64,000 nucleotides of DNA, from NCBI GenBank assembly GCA_048882045.1, contig JBHLRZ010000003.1, forward strand, positions 136,192 through 200,191. Direction: 5' to 3'. Each line of letters opens with the position of its first letter. The stretch's first letter is position 1. The notes under the pieces were generated by a model. That model saw only the letters and a list, made by a program, of their open reading frames with translations. It was not told where the DNA came from and did not search any database. Source of the stretch: Candidatus Thorarchaeota archaeon. Its GTDB lineage: Archaea > Asgardarchaeota > Thorarchaeia > Thorarchaeales > Thorarchaeaceae. The translations under genes and the position numbers were made by a program. This document shows positions 35,325 through 45,023 of the stretch, in pieces.

Positions 35325-38300
35325 CTACTCCCTCAACCTCTCAGCATCCAAGCTCTTGATGAGCTCCTCGACCAGCTCTCGCGGAAGTTCCTTGGCTTGT
35401 TTCACGATGATGTCAATCTCGGAATAAGGTACACCCTTGTCCCGTAACTCTTTCTCCAATTCCTCTATCTCGAATGGACTAAGCATGTCGCTAGTGAAGC
35501 TGAAATCTTCTACAGGTACTCCAGGTTCCTCCGGTTCAACAGCTGGTTCGGTAGGTGTGAGCTCATCCTCCTCAGGTAGGAAGACTCGTTCGACCTCCTC
35601 CTCTGGTTCAGCGATGACCTCACCTTCCTCATCAACGAGAGGCTTGCTCACAACCTCTTTTTCGCCGGCAAGACGCCTGTCGGCTTCAGAGGCAACCTCT
35701 TCGAGGATATCCTCAACTGTCTTGCCTTCACGTCGAGCTGCACGGATGGCTTCCTGCATGATGACCTCTTTCACGAAGGCTGCCTGCTCACTCATCTTCA
35801 TCTTGGCAATATCAGCCTTGAACTCGTCAAGCTCCTGCTGGTTGAGATTGGTGAGTATGGACAACTGAATAAGCAGTTCACCTACTTCAGGTACTTGTAC
35901 TGGGATTGAATCCTCTGGTATCTCTTCAAGGGTCCGGGTAATCTCTAACTCAGAGAATGTGTCGTTGAACAAATCAGTAATGAGCACCCGTCGGCTTTTA
36001 ACATCCTTAACAGGCTTGGGGATCTTACCCTTCTTAATCACCTTGATTTGAGCGTTGATTTGACGCAATCGTTTTGGTACACTCCAGACTCTCATATAGA
36101 GGCCAATCAATAGTATCAGAAGGAAACCAACTGGAGTTCCAAAGGTGAACAGAGTCGTCATTGTTCGAGCAATCTCTGTTGGTTGAACATCAATACGTAA
36201 GGTTATGAATAATTCCTGAATGTCGGCTTTACCAAGCTTAAGTATTATTTGAGAGCTTCCTTCATCTGTTCCGATAAATGGTGAAGCTGCAGTGAACTCT
36301 ATGATGTAATAGCCGGGGCGTCCCGGATCTTCATAGGGTGTTCCGAATGATACTAGTTCAATGAAGGACAGTTCTTCATCCAATGAAAGGTTTGCATTTG
36401 TAATCACCGTTCCTGGTGCATGTCCAGGCCATTCGTCATTGTACCGCAATACTATACTACCAGATTCACCATAAAGGAGATCAAATGTAGTGAAGTCGGG
36501 ATTTGAGTATGTATTAGGACCAATGTTGATCTCGGCGAGGTCGATTGAAGTGGGCAAATCGATTATACGAATTAGTATCTTCACTTCAGCAATCGAATGA
36601 TTACCAAGCCAGAATCTGAATGTTATCTCATATGGGAATAACCTCGGATCAGATGTAGTATTCAACAACCATGGGTCGTTTGTGTCAAAGAAGAAGCTGT
36701 AAGAGCCATTCCCTAACTCTGTAACTGAGAAATAGGTCGGTGGACGAGTTGGTCCAAAAATATCACTCAGATCGAGCTGAGCATTAGCTAAGCCACCAAT
36801 AAAACCATCAGAATCATCTGTGTCGTTGTAGAAGAGCATTATGTTCATGGATTCTCCAATTGGAATTCTATAGTTTCCTGGATCATACGACGGATCTTCA
36901 TATTCTTCTTCAATATTGACTTCGATATTTGTCGGAACTGGTAGGACTTTGATTTGTATGATACTTGTAGCTTCTTGATAGTTGAGTTTCGAGAAAGTAA
37001 CGGAGATGGGAATATTGGTTTCACCAGACTGCAAAATAGTTGTGTCAAATGGTATCAGATAGTAACCTGTCAGAGGAATGTTAACTGCTTCTACTGACTC
37101 AAATCCAGGCACACTAAGCGTGACTGTTGCACCGGGAACTCCCTGGCCAAATGACACATCCCAATATGTGAAATTGAGATCACCTGACCATCCCCAGTAC
37201 AATTCACCTGTTCCCAAAGCTGGAGGAAGGACAACAGTCAAAATCCGTTTGATTGTAAGGGTGAGACGAGTTATAGAATCAGCGTATAAGGATGCATTAT
37301 CCCAAACCACTGCCCTAATTGTGATTGGCCATATACCATAACCAATTGCTGTAGTATCGAGGATGGCTGTGAAAATACCTGTTCGATTATTCGTGAAGGC
37401 TCCTTCAAGATTCGCCTCTGATATGAACCATCTAAGGTCTGCATAATAGAAAGAGCTGTTTCCTATAGCTGACATGTTTACACTCAGTTGAACCGGTTCT
37501 GAATAGACTCTGGTCATATCTTCTGTCGTTTCACCTGCGAGTTCTAGAGTTGTCGATGTCTGTTGAATTCTCAATTTGAATGAATTGGCTGCAGGTTCAT
37601 AATTGTCAAATATCGCAGTTAGTCGGACTGTATAGATATCAGGATCTAGAATCGTAGGACCGTTTGACGATATCAAATAGCTCCAATAACCAAGTGTACC
37701 ATTCGGAGCTAATGCAAAATTGAAGGTTTCAAGAGTTCCAGTAACTTCAACAACTCTAGATTCTGGAATTGGAACTCCAAATGCATCTTGTAGATACATT
37801 GTTACTAGAAGTTCGTCGCCTCTATTCAAGAGGGTGACTTCATCTATGGGTCGATCTTGAACCATTTCGCTTGCAAGACTCCTGACAACAAGGGTGACAT
37901 ATGCATACGAAGTCTTGTAGAAGCCATCATTATCTACAGCCCTGAATGAGATGACATAGGTACCGACATCAGCAATGATAGGAGTGATAGAGGTATCTAT
38001 CGAGGCGATATATTCTCCGCTGCCTATATGAGTTGTAAGCCCTCCATCAACTCCACCCTCATCCCAATACCACGTGACGTTGATTCCGGGTGTAAAGATG
38101 GGACCTCCGAAGAGTAATTCAGTGAAATTAACAGTGATGGTTTGACTCCCTTGCCAATCTACTTCATAGTAGTCTAGTTGAGGTGTAAGCTGAGTGTTAA
38201 TCTTCTGTACGACACCCGTCACATCAATGGTGGACATATTGGCGTAGTATGGTTCTATAGAGGGATTCCACATGACACTTAGACTAAACACGAAGGTTCC

Positions 38301-41300
38301 TGGGTTTAGTAAAGCATTCGTATCAATTTGAATTGTATAAGTCCCTGATGGTGCTTCAGTAATCCAGTAATTCAATCCAAGGGTCAGAGGTATTGTTGCG
38401 TGAGTGAATCCAATCACTGCGCCTGAAACTGGCCAGCCTCCATCAATATCTGATAGTTCGAATGTGATGTTCAGGAGTTCTCCGTAGGACGCGCTTTCAG
38501 CAGGGAGCTGAGCATATGACATCGTTCGTTTAATGGTAGTAACTCTGACAAAAGTCGAGTCATCAAAATAGTAGGGTGCCGAACCATCATCCCAATCGAC
38601 GAAGACAGTGACGTTGAAGTTAGTAACTAACACTCCACCAAACTCTGTCGAGTTGATCAATACATCGAATCCCTGCCCAACTGGAACGATGGAGTATTGC
38701 CCAGACGTAAGTAATATTCCTCCGGCCCAGATGTCAATATTGGTTGCAGTAATTGATGTTATTGCTTGTTCTCGACTCAGATCAAGATAAATGAAGGAAA
38801 ATTGTACAATGTCAAGATACTGTGTTTGGTGAGGAGAGGTTGTAATCTCTACATTGGTCTCTCTTCTAACAGTGTAAGTGTTCAACAATAATTCTGCATT
38901 ATCATGATATGGACTCTGTACAGGATTCCAGGTTGCTTGGACACGAATCTGAGTCAAACCAATTCCATCTAATGCAGTTGTATTAACATGAACAAGATAG
39001 TAACCATTACCCTCATTCACTATCGAATATTGTGTTCCGAAGGTAAGTGGAGTCGCTCCCTTAAAGACAAGGATTGACTCCGCTGAAATCCCATAAGAAC
39101 TGTCAGTATCAAGATATTGAATCCTGAAGGTCACGTTGTCAAGGTATTGAGATGGATCTGGAGAATCATCAAGTACTAAATCAGATGCTCTCGATCTCAA
39201 CTCAAAGAAGATGAAAGTATCGTCAGTACCATAAAATGGAGCCTGATTGGTATAGCTTGCTCGAATCTGAAGAGAATACCTGACTCCTACTGTAAACTCG
39301 GGGTGGTTGTATGTGTCAATTGTGAGTGTATAATATTGGAATGCAGGTTCCCATTGAACTGTGAAATACCAAACGCCAGCAGTAAGTATCTCGAGTGTAA
39401 CATCTCCAGTCCCATTGCCAATAACTCCAAGAGTATCAAGATCTTGGAAGTTTATCGTATAAACAAGAGTGTTGTTGTAGGGCACCTTTCCAATGGGTTC
39501 ACCAGACAGCAGTGTGACACGATATCTGACAGTGAAGGAGCGAGTAGCACTTGCATCAGGAATATAGAACTCGGCTTTAGTTAGCACAACACGAAGACTG
39601 TAGGTTCCTGGATTGGCGAAATAGGTAGTATCCAGGGTAACATTGTATTCCCCACCCGTGATTGGGGCCACAGAATAAAATCCACCAGGAATTTCGACCA
39701 AACCATTGTACAGGGTGACTACAGCACCAGAGATTCCAGTAACTGATGTACCTGTGACATCAGTCCAATTAAGGATGAACCATAAACTGTCACCATATGA
39801 AGTGGGAGCTGGAGATTGGTAGTCGAGTACTGTCTGCCTTGCGATAGTAGTGATAAAGATGATACGTCCTGTCCTATTAGCATAGAATGGAGCACTTGCC
39901 CAAACAACATCCAATGTAAAGGATTTCTGTCCTAGTGGTGCAGAAAACTGGCTTGTGTTGAATGAGAAGACAAATTGATGTGAAGAAAAGTTATAGTAGA
40001 ACGAATACTCACTCAGACTTGAACCTAATGTGAGATAGGTTGGATTATAGTCAATTGCCACACTTCCTCCACCTGTCACATCCTCATATGAAAAAATGAG
40101 TGTTGCATTCTCATTGTATGGTGTAGGAGTGGGTGGAACAATTGAAACGAGTGTGTCTCGTGGAAGAACTCGTACTGAGATCACATCAAAACGGTTCGTG
40201 TAGAACGGTGCAACACCATCAGTCCAGTTGATGTATACATTCATGTAGATAAGTCCGGTTTGTCCGAAAATTGTCGTACTGAATGAGATGGAATAATTGC
40301 CTGGTTGTGTAGCATCGTCAATTTCGAGAATCGTTACTTGACCAAGATCAACACTGACACCCTGGAAACTGACATAGATGTGGACATTGCCTCCTCCATA
40401 GCTACTATTTGTGATACCCAAGCCACTTGTTTCTCCATAGAAGAAGATGTATTCCACAGAACCAAGATATGGCGTTGGTTCAGATGCTTGTAGTAATGTG
40501 AGTTGAGAATCGATTCCGATGATGTTCACGGAAGTTGTTGCAGTCCGATTCTCATATTGCTGAGCTAGACCAGTCCAGTTGAAATAAATCAGAAAATTCT
40601 GGATGCCTTTGGGGAACTGAGATGCATCAATCTGGAGGGTATAGATACCTCCAGTATTGCTGACAAGAGCCGATGAAATCCAGTGAGTACCATTCCAAAC
40701 ATATTGCTGAATATTCGCTAAATCATTGATTCCAGATTTACTATCAAAATCATAGTACCTAAGTGAAATGTTTACAATTCCATTGAATGGCGTCGGTTCA
40801 GGAGCACTGACTACATTGAATATTGTAACGTGGGTTCTAATATTCACTTCAACATCACACGCAACCTGGAAGTAATTGGGATCATTCGTGAAAGTGAAGG
40901 TTATGACATAGAGCCCGAGGGGATCAGAACCAGTAGTTGTGAAGGTGACCTCATAGCGAGACCCGTCCCAAACAACATTTACTGCAGTTGAGCCTGGCCA
41001 TCCAGTTACTGTCGGAATCACACTTGGAATTGGTACTCCGTTGTCAAGATCCGTATAATCAATATACATCACATGTACATTACCAACCGGGATGTCAACT
41101 GAAATCGCAGATGGCTGGGCATCCGTATGAATTCTAGTGACTATAACAGTAATGATGACACTCTTCTCAGTATATCCATCCGCATTAGCAGTGAGTGTTA
41201 TTTGATGGCTACCTACAGATAGTCCAACAACACCAATCTCAACATCGTAATTACCATTGGAAACATGGACAAAGCTAATCCAACCCGTTGATGCAGTGAT

Positions 41301-44300
41301 TGTTGCTGTGGTTATCCCAACTCCTCGATCACGATCTTCATAGAATAAGGTTACAGTCACGTTGAAGTTTAGTGGAGTAGATACTGTATAGAGGTTTGAA
41401 GTGAGATCACTATCTGCTGGTGAATAATCAAAGTTGATGACAAACTGTGTTGATTGATAGAGAGAACTGGTCGGGTCAATCTGAACAGTTATCGAATATG
41501 CACCTTCTGAGAAAAGGGAGGCGTCGATAAGAATGTTATAGATACCATTTCCCAACGGTGTGATTGTTGCGGTTGGATATCCTACAATAGATATGTCAGA
41601 GGACAGTCCATCAATAGTATCACCATAGAAGCCTCCGGGTTCGGAAACCTCAACCGTGATGTTCACTGTGAAATCATCACCATTCGGGAAGTGTAGACTG
41701 CTTGGATTGTTATATGCGCGGATAGAAATGCTCCTTATTGTGATTGCGAAGATATAGTTTGATGGCGTTTGGTAGATGGTACTGGACATTGTGAAGATAA
41801 CTGTAACAGATGTCCCACCGACAGACCAACTGCTTGTATCTAACAAAATGTCATAACTTCCAAAGTCTGCGAAACTCGTTGTCCAATCAAGACGGATGTT
41901 CGACACAGCCCCAATTGGCACTGCTCCACCTGTATCCAAGTCAGTAAGAACAACAGTAAGAGGAGTAGAGTTCCCATAGGGTGTTGTCATATCTCCGACG
42001 ACATTTATCGATGTGTAGTGAGCTCGAATTGTGATTGTGAATGTATACTGTATTGGTGGATAATAATCCGAATTAGCCATGACCAAAGTAAGATTGACTT
42101 CGTGATCTCCTACTGACCATGTATCAGTCGTCAAAGTCATAGCATACGAAAACAGAGAGCTTCTTTCCTGTGATCCTCCAGCATATGTAAAGATGAAGCG
42201 GTCGACATTGGATATGTCAGGAATCGTACCAAAATCAAGGTCTGCGAGTAAGACCGTCATTGGAGTGTTTTCTCCATATGGCACAATAAAGTCTCCAGAT
42301 GCTGACACTGCGGTGTAATGAGGTCTTAGAGTGAAGGTGATGTCCACACTGTCCATCAAGATGAATGAACCTGGTTTTGACGCATTGATTGTGTATGTAT
42401 GAAGTCCAATTGACAGTGCGGTTGTTGATATTGAGATATTGTACCAACCTACTCCCTGTGCTGTAACTGTGACTGGACTTCCATCATCAAAGGTGATTGT
42501 AGCTCCTGAGATTGGAGCACCAGAGAATGAATCATAGTAGAAGAGAGTGGCAGTGAATGGAGAATCCACTGGAGTTGTTTCAATATAGGCATAGGAGAGA
42601 TCTGTTGGATGATAGAGGTCAAGTTCAAAGTAATTTGATGCATCATTGTAGAAGGGATGTTCAGAACTAATCTGTATCCTCCAACGTTTATTATCTTGCA
42701 AATCAGTTGTATTGACCGTAATTCCATATTCTCCTGCACCGAAATCATTGAATTGAAGGGTTGTAGGTGTTCCTAAAATAGTCCAGTTCATGGTCACTTC
42801 GGAGCCGGTTATTCCAGAATGTAAAATATCGTCTGTGAGCTCGACCCTTATGAATATGACATCATTAACAGTAGAGTCAGCAATTCCTCCACCAACAGCA
42901 TCTAATGGAGATAAAACAGAAAGGGAGGCATCATGCTGGACTATGAATTTCCGCTCATACATTCCAGTCATGGCACCTACAGAAATGCCTGAGTCATTAT
43001 AATAAGCAGAAACGGTCCATTCTCCAGCCATGGCTGTTACATCTGCAACCTTCTTGACAGAGGATTCAGGTGATTCTTGCGCAACTTCTGAACTCACAGA
43101 ATAGAAGAGATTTGTATTGTAGATATTCTGATATTCCGCAGCAATCCAGGCACCACTCCGAATTCCATTTGAAACTCGCACCTCGTCCATCCGGCCATTA
43201 AGGTACGCCCGGGCTCCAGCTATCTGGTCAATCCAAGAACCTCCAATTCCCCAAGAGCCATCATAATAGAGTTGTGCAGTAGCGAGAGCTCCATATGACC
43301 CAAATGTATCATCAACTGCTCGGACATAGATCTTGTTGTTTTCAGGTGTTGTGGCATCCATTGTACAAGCATAATAATACCAAGTGTTCGCCTGCCATGA
43401 GGTTTGAGAAGTGTACTTGTATTTCTGGCCTGATGCATCATTTTCCACTTTGAAAACCAAACTTCCTGTTGGTGCAGACGAAGTGTAGTCTGATCCAACC
43501 AAAGCGACGTGCATATCATTATCTCCATTGAGATACTTCTCAAAGAGCAGTCTTGTGGTAGATGAGAAACTATTGTGAGATATGTCAAGTCTGAACCATC
43601 CAGAAATAGTGACGCTTCCAGTAGGTTCAAGATCTTCAGTGTTTAAAATCTCAATCCAATCGTCTGTACCATCAAAGTCTTGCCCATACCCTACAATTCC
43701 ATTTGTTATCACATTTCCACGCTGTGAACCATCGTAATCACTAGATGTTGCATCTTGATGTACACCCGTGGTCTGCTCATCAGTAGTACTGTCATCAAGG
43801 TGCCAGACTGCTGCAAAGCTGTTGGTCCACACATCTTCGGAGTTCTCTTGAGATCCAAGCATTGAATTACCATAGTACATAGTTATGACAGTGTTCACAG
43901 AGCCTGTAAGGTTGGTCTTGACCCAAGCAACGAGATGAGCCTGCGTAGGGCTATAGTTTTGATCGAAGAGTTCTATCTCATGGGAGAGAACATTTCCTCC
44001 AGATACGAAGACAATGTCATCTCCATCGCTTTGCACCTTTGTCTTCAAATCTGTGTCTATGATATCGATTAGAACAGGGAAATTCTGTAGGCTCTGTCCG
44101 AGGTGTCTTGAACGGTCAACAGTGAAGTCCTTTCTGTAAGCAAAGGATTGAAGTAAATGAGAGGTTGCACCTGCGGTTGTATTTGTTGTTGAATACCATG
44201 TCGCTCCAGTGGGATCTGTAAGGGTAAAGGTGGTTGTTGCTCCAGTTATCCATGTACTTGTTGTTCTAAACATCATTTCATCCGTAAGGTCGAATATTGC

Positions 44301-44879
44301 TGAGGAGGAGAGTGCACCACCTGAAATTCCCTGATTGAGATCGCTGATAGCATTAATACTGCTAAATTCTATTTTCCAGAGACCATGAGTGTCGACTGCA
44401 GAACTGTAGACCGTAAGAGTACCTGCAACATATGACCAATCAGTCAGATATATCTGTCCAACACCAATTGGATTAGTCACCGAAATCGGAGTCCAATCAT
44501 TGAACGGATATTCCACACTGAAACTCAAGCTCTCAACTTCGCTTGGTGGAGAAACAAGAACATATGCAGTCCATAGAACAGTACTGGCATTGGAAACAAC
44601 GAAAGATGTCCCAGATATGAAGTCTGACGAGAGTGTCGTGGCTGTGTCAGTCCAAGATGTTGCATTTGTAAAAGTGCCAGAGAATGAAACAGCTAGCGGA
44701 GACCCAGTGCCAATATAGTTTCCACCCGCATCGGAAACCTGAATTCCACCCGTAGGTGATCCGAGCAGACCTGTGTCTATAGTATGCACTACTGTACCTG
44801 AAAGGTCTACCAGACTGAACACGAACAACGTGACTAGAACTAGGGTAAGAATTCTACCGCTCCTCATAATCGGCACCAT
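35325..44879 (-). CDS. Giant (3184 aa) type-I membrane surface protein: DUF2341, LamG-like, many Ig-like repeats, TM, acidic cytoplasmic tail
   Basis: Signal peptide; NFPVLIDI...QSDGDDIVF...LSHEIE...AWVK...MYYGN (DUF2341); GRMDEVRVS (LamG); repeated Thr/Tyr-rich beta units; TM near 36090-36160. Confidence 0.85.
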   Translation of the reverse strand: MVPIMRSGRILTLVLVTLFVFSLVDLSGTVVHTIDTGLLGSPTGGIQVSDAGGNYIGTGSPLAVSFSGTFTNATSWTDTATTLSSDFISGTSFVVSNASTVLWTAYVLVSPPSEVESLSFSVEYPFNDWTPISVTNPIGVGQIYLTDWSYVAGTLTVYSSAVDTHGLWKIEFSSINAISDLNQGISGGALSSSAIFDLTDEMMFRTTSTWITGATTTFTLTDPTGATWYSTTNTTAGATSHLLQSFAYRKDFTVDRSRHLGQSLQNFPVLIDIIDTDLKTKVQSDGDDIVFVSGGNVLSHEIELFDQNYSPTQAHLVAWVKTNLTGSVNTVITMYYGNSMLGSQENSEDVWTNSFAAVWHLDDSTTDEQTTGVHQDATSSDYDGSQRGNVITNGIVGYGQDFDGTDDWIEILNTEDLEPTGSVTISGWFRLDISHNSFSSTTRLLFEKYLNGDNDMHVALVGSDYTSSAPTGSLVFKVENDASGQKYKYTSQTSWQANTWYYYACTMDATTPENNKIYVRAVDDTFGSYGALATAQLYYDGSWGIGGSWIDQIAGARAYLNGRMDEVRVSNGIRSGAWIAAEYQNIYNTNLFYSVSSEVAQESPESSVKKVADVTAMAGEWTVSAYYNDSGISVGAMTGMYERKFIVQHDASLSVLSPLDAVGGGIADSTVNDVIFIRVELTDDILHSGITGSEVTMNWTILGTPTTLQFNDFGAGEYGITVNTTDLQDNKRWRIQISSEHPFYNDASNYFELDLYHPTDLSYAYIETTPVDSPFTATLFYYDSFSGAPISGATITFDDGSPVTVTAQGVGWYNISISTTALSIGLHTYTINASKPGSFILMDSVDITFTLRPHYTAVSASGDFIVPYGENTPMTVLLADLDFGTIPDISNVDRFIFTYAGGSQERSSLFSYAMTLTTDTWSVGDHEVNLTLVMANSDYYPPIQYTFTITIRAHYTSINVVGDMTTPYGNSTPLTVVLTDLDTGGAVPIGAVSNIRLDWTTSFADFGSYDILLDTSSWSVGGTSVTVIFTMSSTIYQTPSNYIFAITIRSISIRAYNNPSSLHFPNGDDFTVNITVEVSEPGGFYGDTIDGLSSDISIVGYPTATITPLGNGIYNILIDASLFSEGAYSITVQIDPTSSLYQSTQFVINFDYSPADSDLTSNLYTVSTPLNFNVTVTLFYEDRDRGVGITTATITASTGWISFVHVSNGNYDVEIGVVGLSVGSHQITLTANADGYTEKSVIITVIVTRIHTDAQPSAISVDIPVGNVHVMYIDYTDLDNGVPIPSVIPTVTGWPGSTAVNVVWDGSRYEVTFTTTGSDPLGLYVITFTFTNDPNYFQVACDVEVNIRTHVTIFNVVSAPEPTPFNGIVNISLRYYDFDSKSGINDLANIQQYVWNGTHWISSALVSNTGGIYTLQIDASQFPKGIQNFLIYFNWTGLAQQYENRTATTSVNIIGIDSQLTLLQASEPTPYLGSVEYIFFYGETSGLGITNSSYGGGNVHIYVSFQGVSVDLGQVTILEIDDATQPGNYSISFSTTIFGQTGLIYMNVYINWTDGVAPFYTNRFDVISVRVLPRDTLVSIVPPTPTPYNENATLIFSYEDVTGGGSVAIDYNPTYLTLGSSLSEYSFYYNFSSHQFVFSFNTSQFSAPLGQKSFTLDVVWASAPFYANRTGRIIFITTIARQTVLDYQSPAPTSYGDSLWFILNWTDVTGTSVTGISGAVVTLYNGLVEIPGGFYSVAPITGGEYNVTLDTTYFANPGTYSLRVVLTKAEFYIPDASATRSFTVRYRVTLLSGEPIGKVPYNNTLVYTINFQDLDTLGVIGNGTGDVTLEILTAGVWYFTVQWEPAFQYYTLTIDTYNHPEFTVGVRYSLQIRASYTNQAPFYGTDDTFIFFELRSRASDLVLDDSPDPSQYLDNVTFRIQYLDTDSSYGISAESILVFKGATPLTFGTQYSIVNEGNGYYLVHVNTTALDGIGLTQIRVQATWNPVQSPYHDNAELLLNTYTVRRETNVEITTSPHQTQYLDIVQFSFIYLDLSREQAITSITATNIDIWAGGILLTSGQYSIVPVGQGFDVLINSTEFGGVLVTNFNVTVFVDWDDGSAPYYFDDSTFVRVTTIKRTMSYAQLPAESASYGELLNITFELSDIDGGWPVSGAVIGFTHATIPLTLGLNYWITEAPSGTYTIQIDTNALLNPGTFVFSLSVMWNPSIEPYYANMSTIDVTGVVQKINTQLTPQLDYYEVDWQGSQTITVNFTELLFGGPIFTPGINVTWYWDEGGVDGGLTTHIGSGEYIASIDTSITPIIADVGTYVISFRAVDNDGFYKTSYAYVTLVVRSLASEMVQDRPIDEVTLLNRGDELLVTMYLQDAFGVPIPESRVVEVTGTLETFNFALAPNGTLGYWSYLISSNGPTILDPDIYTVRLTAIFDNYEPAANSFKLRIQQTSTTLELAGETTEDMTRVYSEPVQLSVNMSAIGNSSFYYADLRWFISEANLEGAFTNNRTGIFTAILDTTAIGYGIWPITIRAVVWDNASLYADSITRLTLTIKRILTVVLPPALGTGELYWGWSGDLNFTYWDVSFGQGVPGATVTLSVPGFESVEAVNIPLTGYYLIPFDTTILQSGETNIPISVTFSKLNYQEATSIIQIKVLPVPTNIEVNIEEEYEDPSYDPGNYRIPIGESMNIMLFYNDTDDSDGFIGGLANAQLDLSDIFGPTRPPTYFSVTELGNGSYSFFFDTNDPWLLNTTSDPRLFPYEITFRFWLGNHSIAEVKILIRIIDLPTSIDLAEINIGPNTYSNPDFTTFDLLYGESGSIVLRYNDEWPGHAPGTVITNANLSLDEELSFIELVSFGTPYEDPGRPGYYIIEFTAASPFIGTDEGSSQIILKLGKADIQELFITLRIDVQPTEIARTMTTLFTFGTPVGFLLILLIGLYMRVWSVPKRLRQINAQIKVIKKGKIPKPVKDVKSRRVLITDLFNDTFSELEITRTLEEIPEDSIPVQVPEVGELLIQLSILTNLNQQELDEFKADIAKMKMSEQAAFVKEVIMQEAIRAARREGKTVEDILEEVASEADRRLAGEKEVVSKPLVDEEGEVIAEPEEEVERVFLPEEDELTPTEPAVEPEEPGVPVEDFSFTSDMLSPFEIEELEKELRDKGVPYSEIDIIVKQAKELPRELVEELIKSLDAERLRE

Positions 44880-45023
44880 TTTGATATTTTACTGCTCACC
44901 ATCTGTGGCGTGGCATCTAACGTATCAGTACATCAGAATTGATTGTACTATATTTCAATGAATTTCGTGGATAATGACGAGTATTTTTCGAAAAAAGAAG
45001 AGAAAAGGAAGGAAGGGCTTGAC

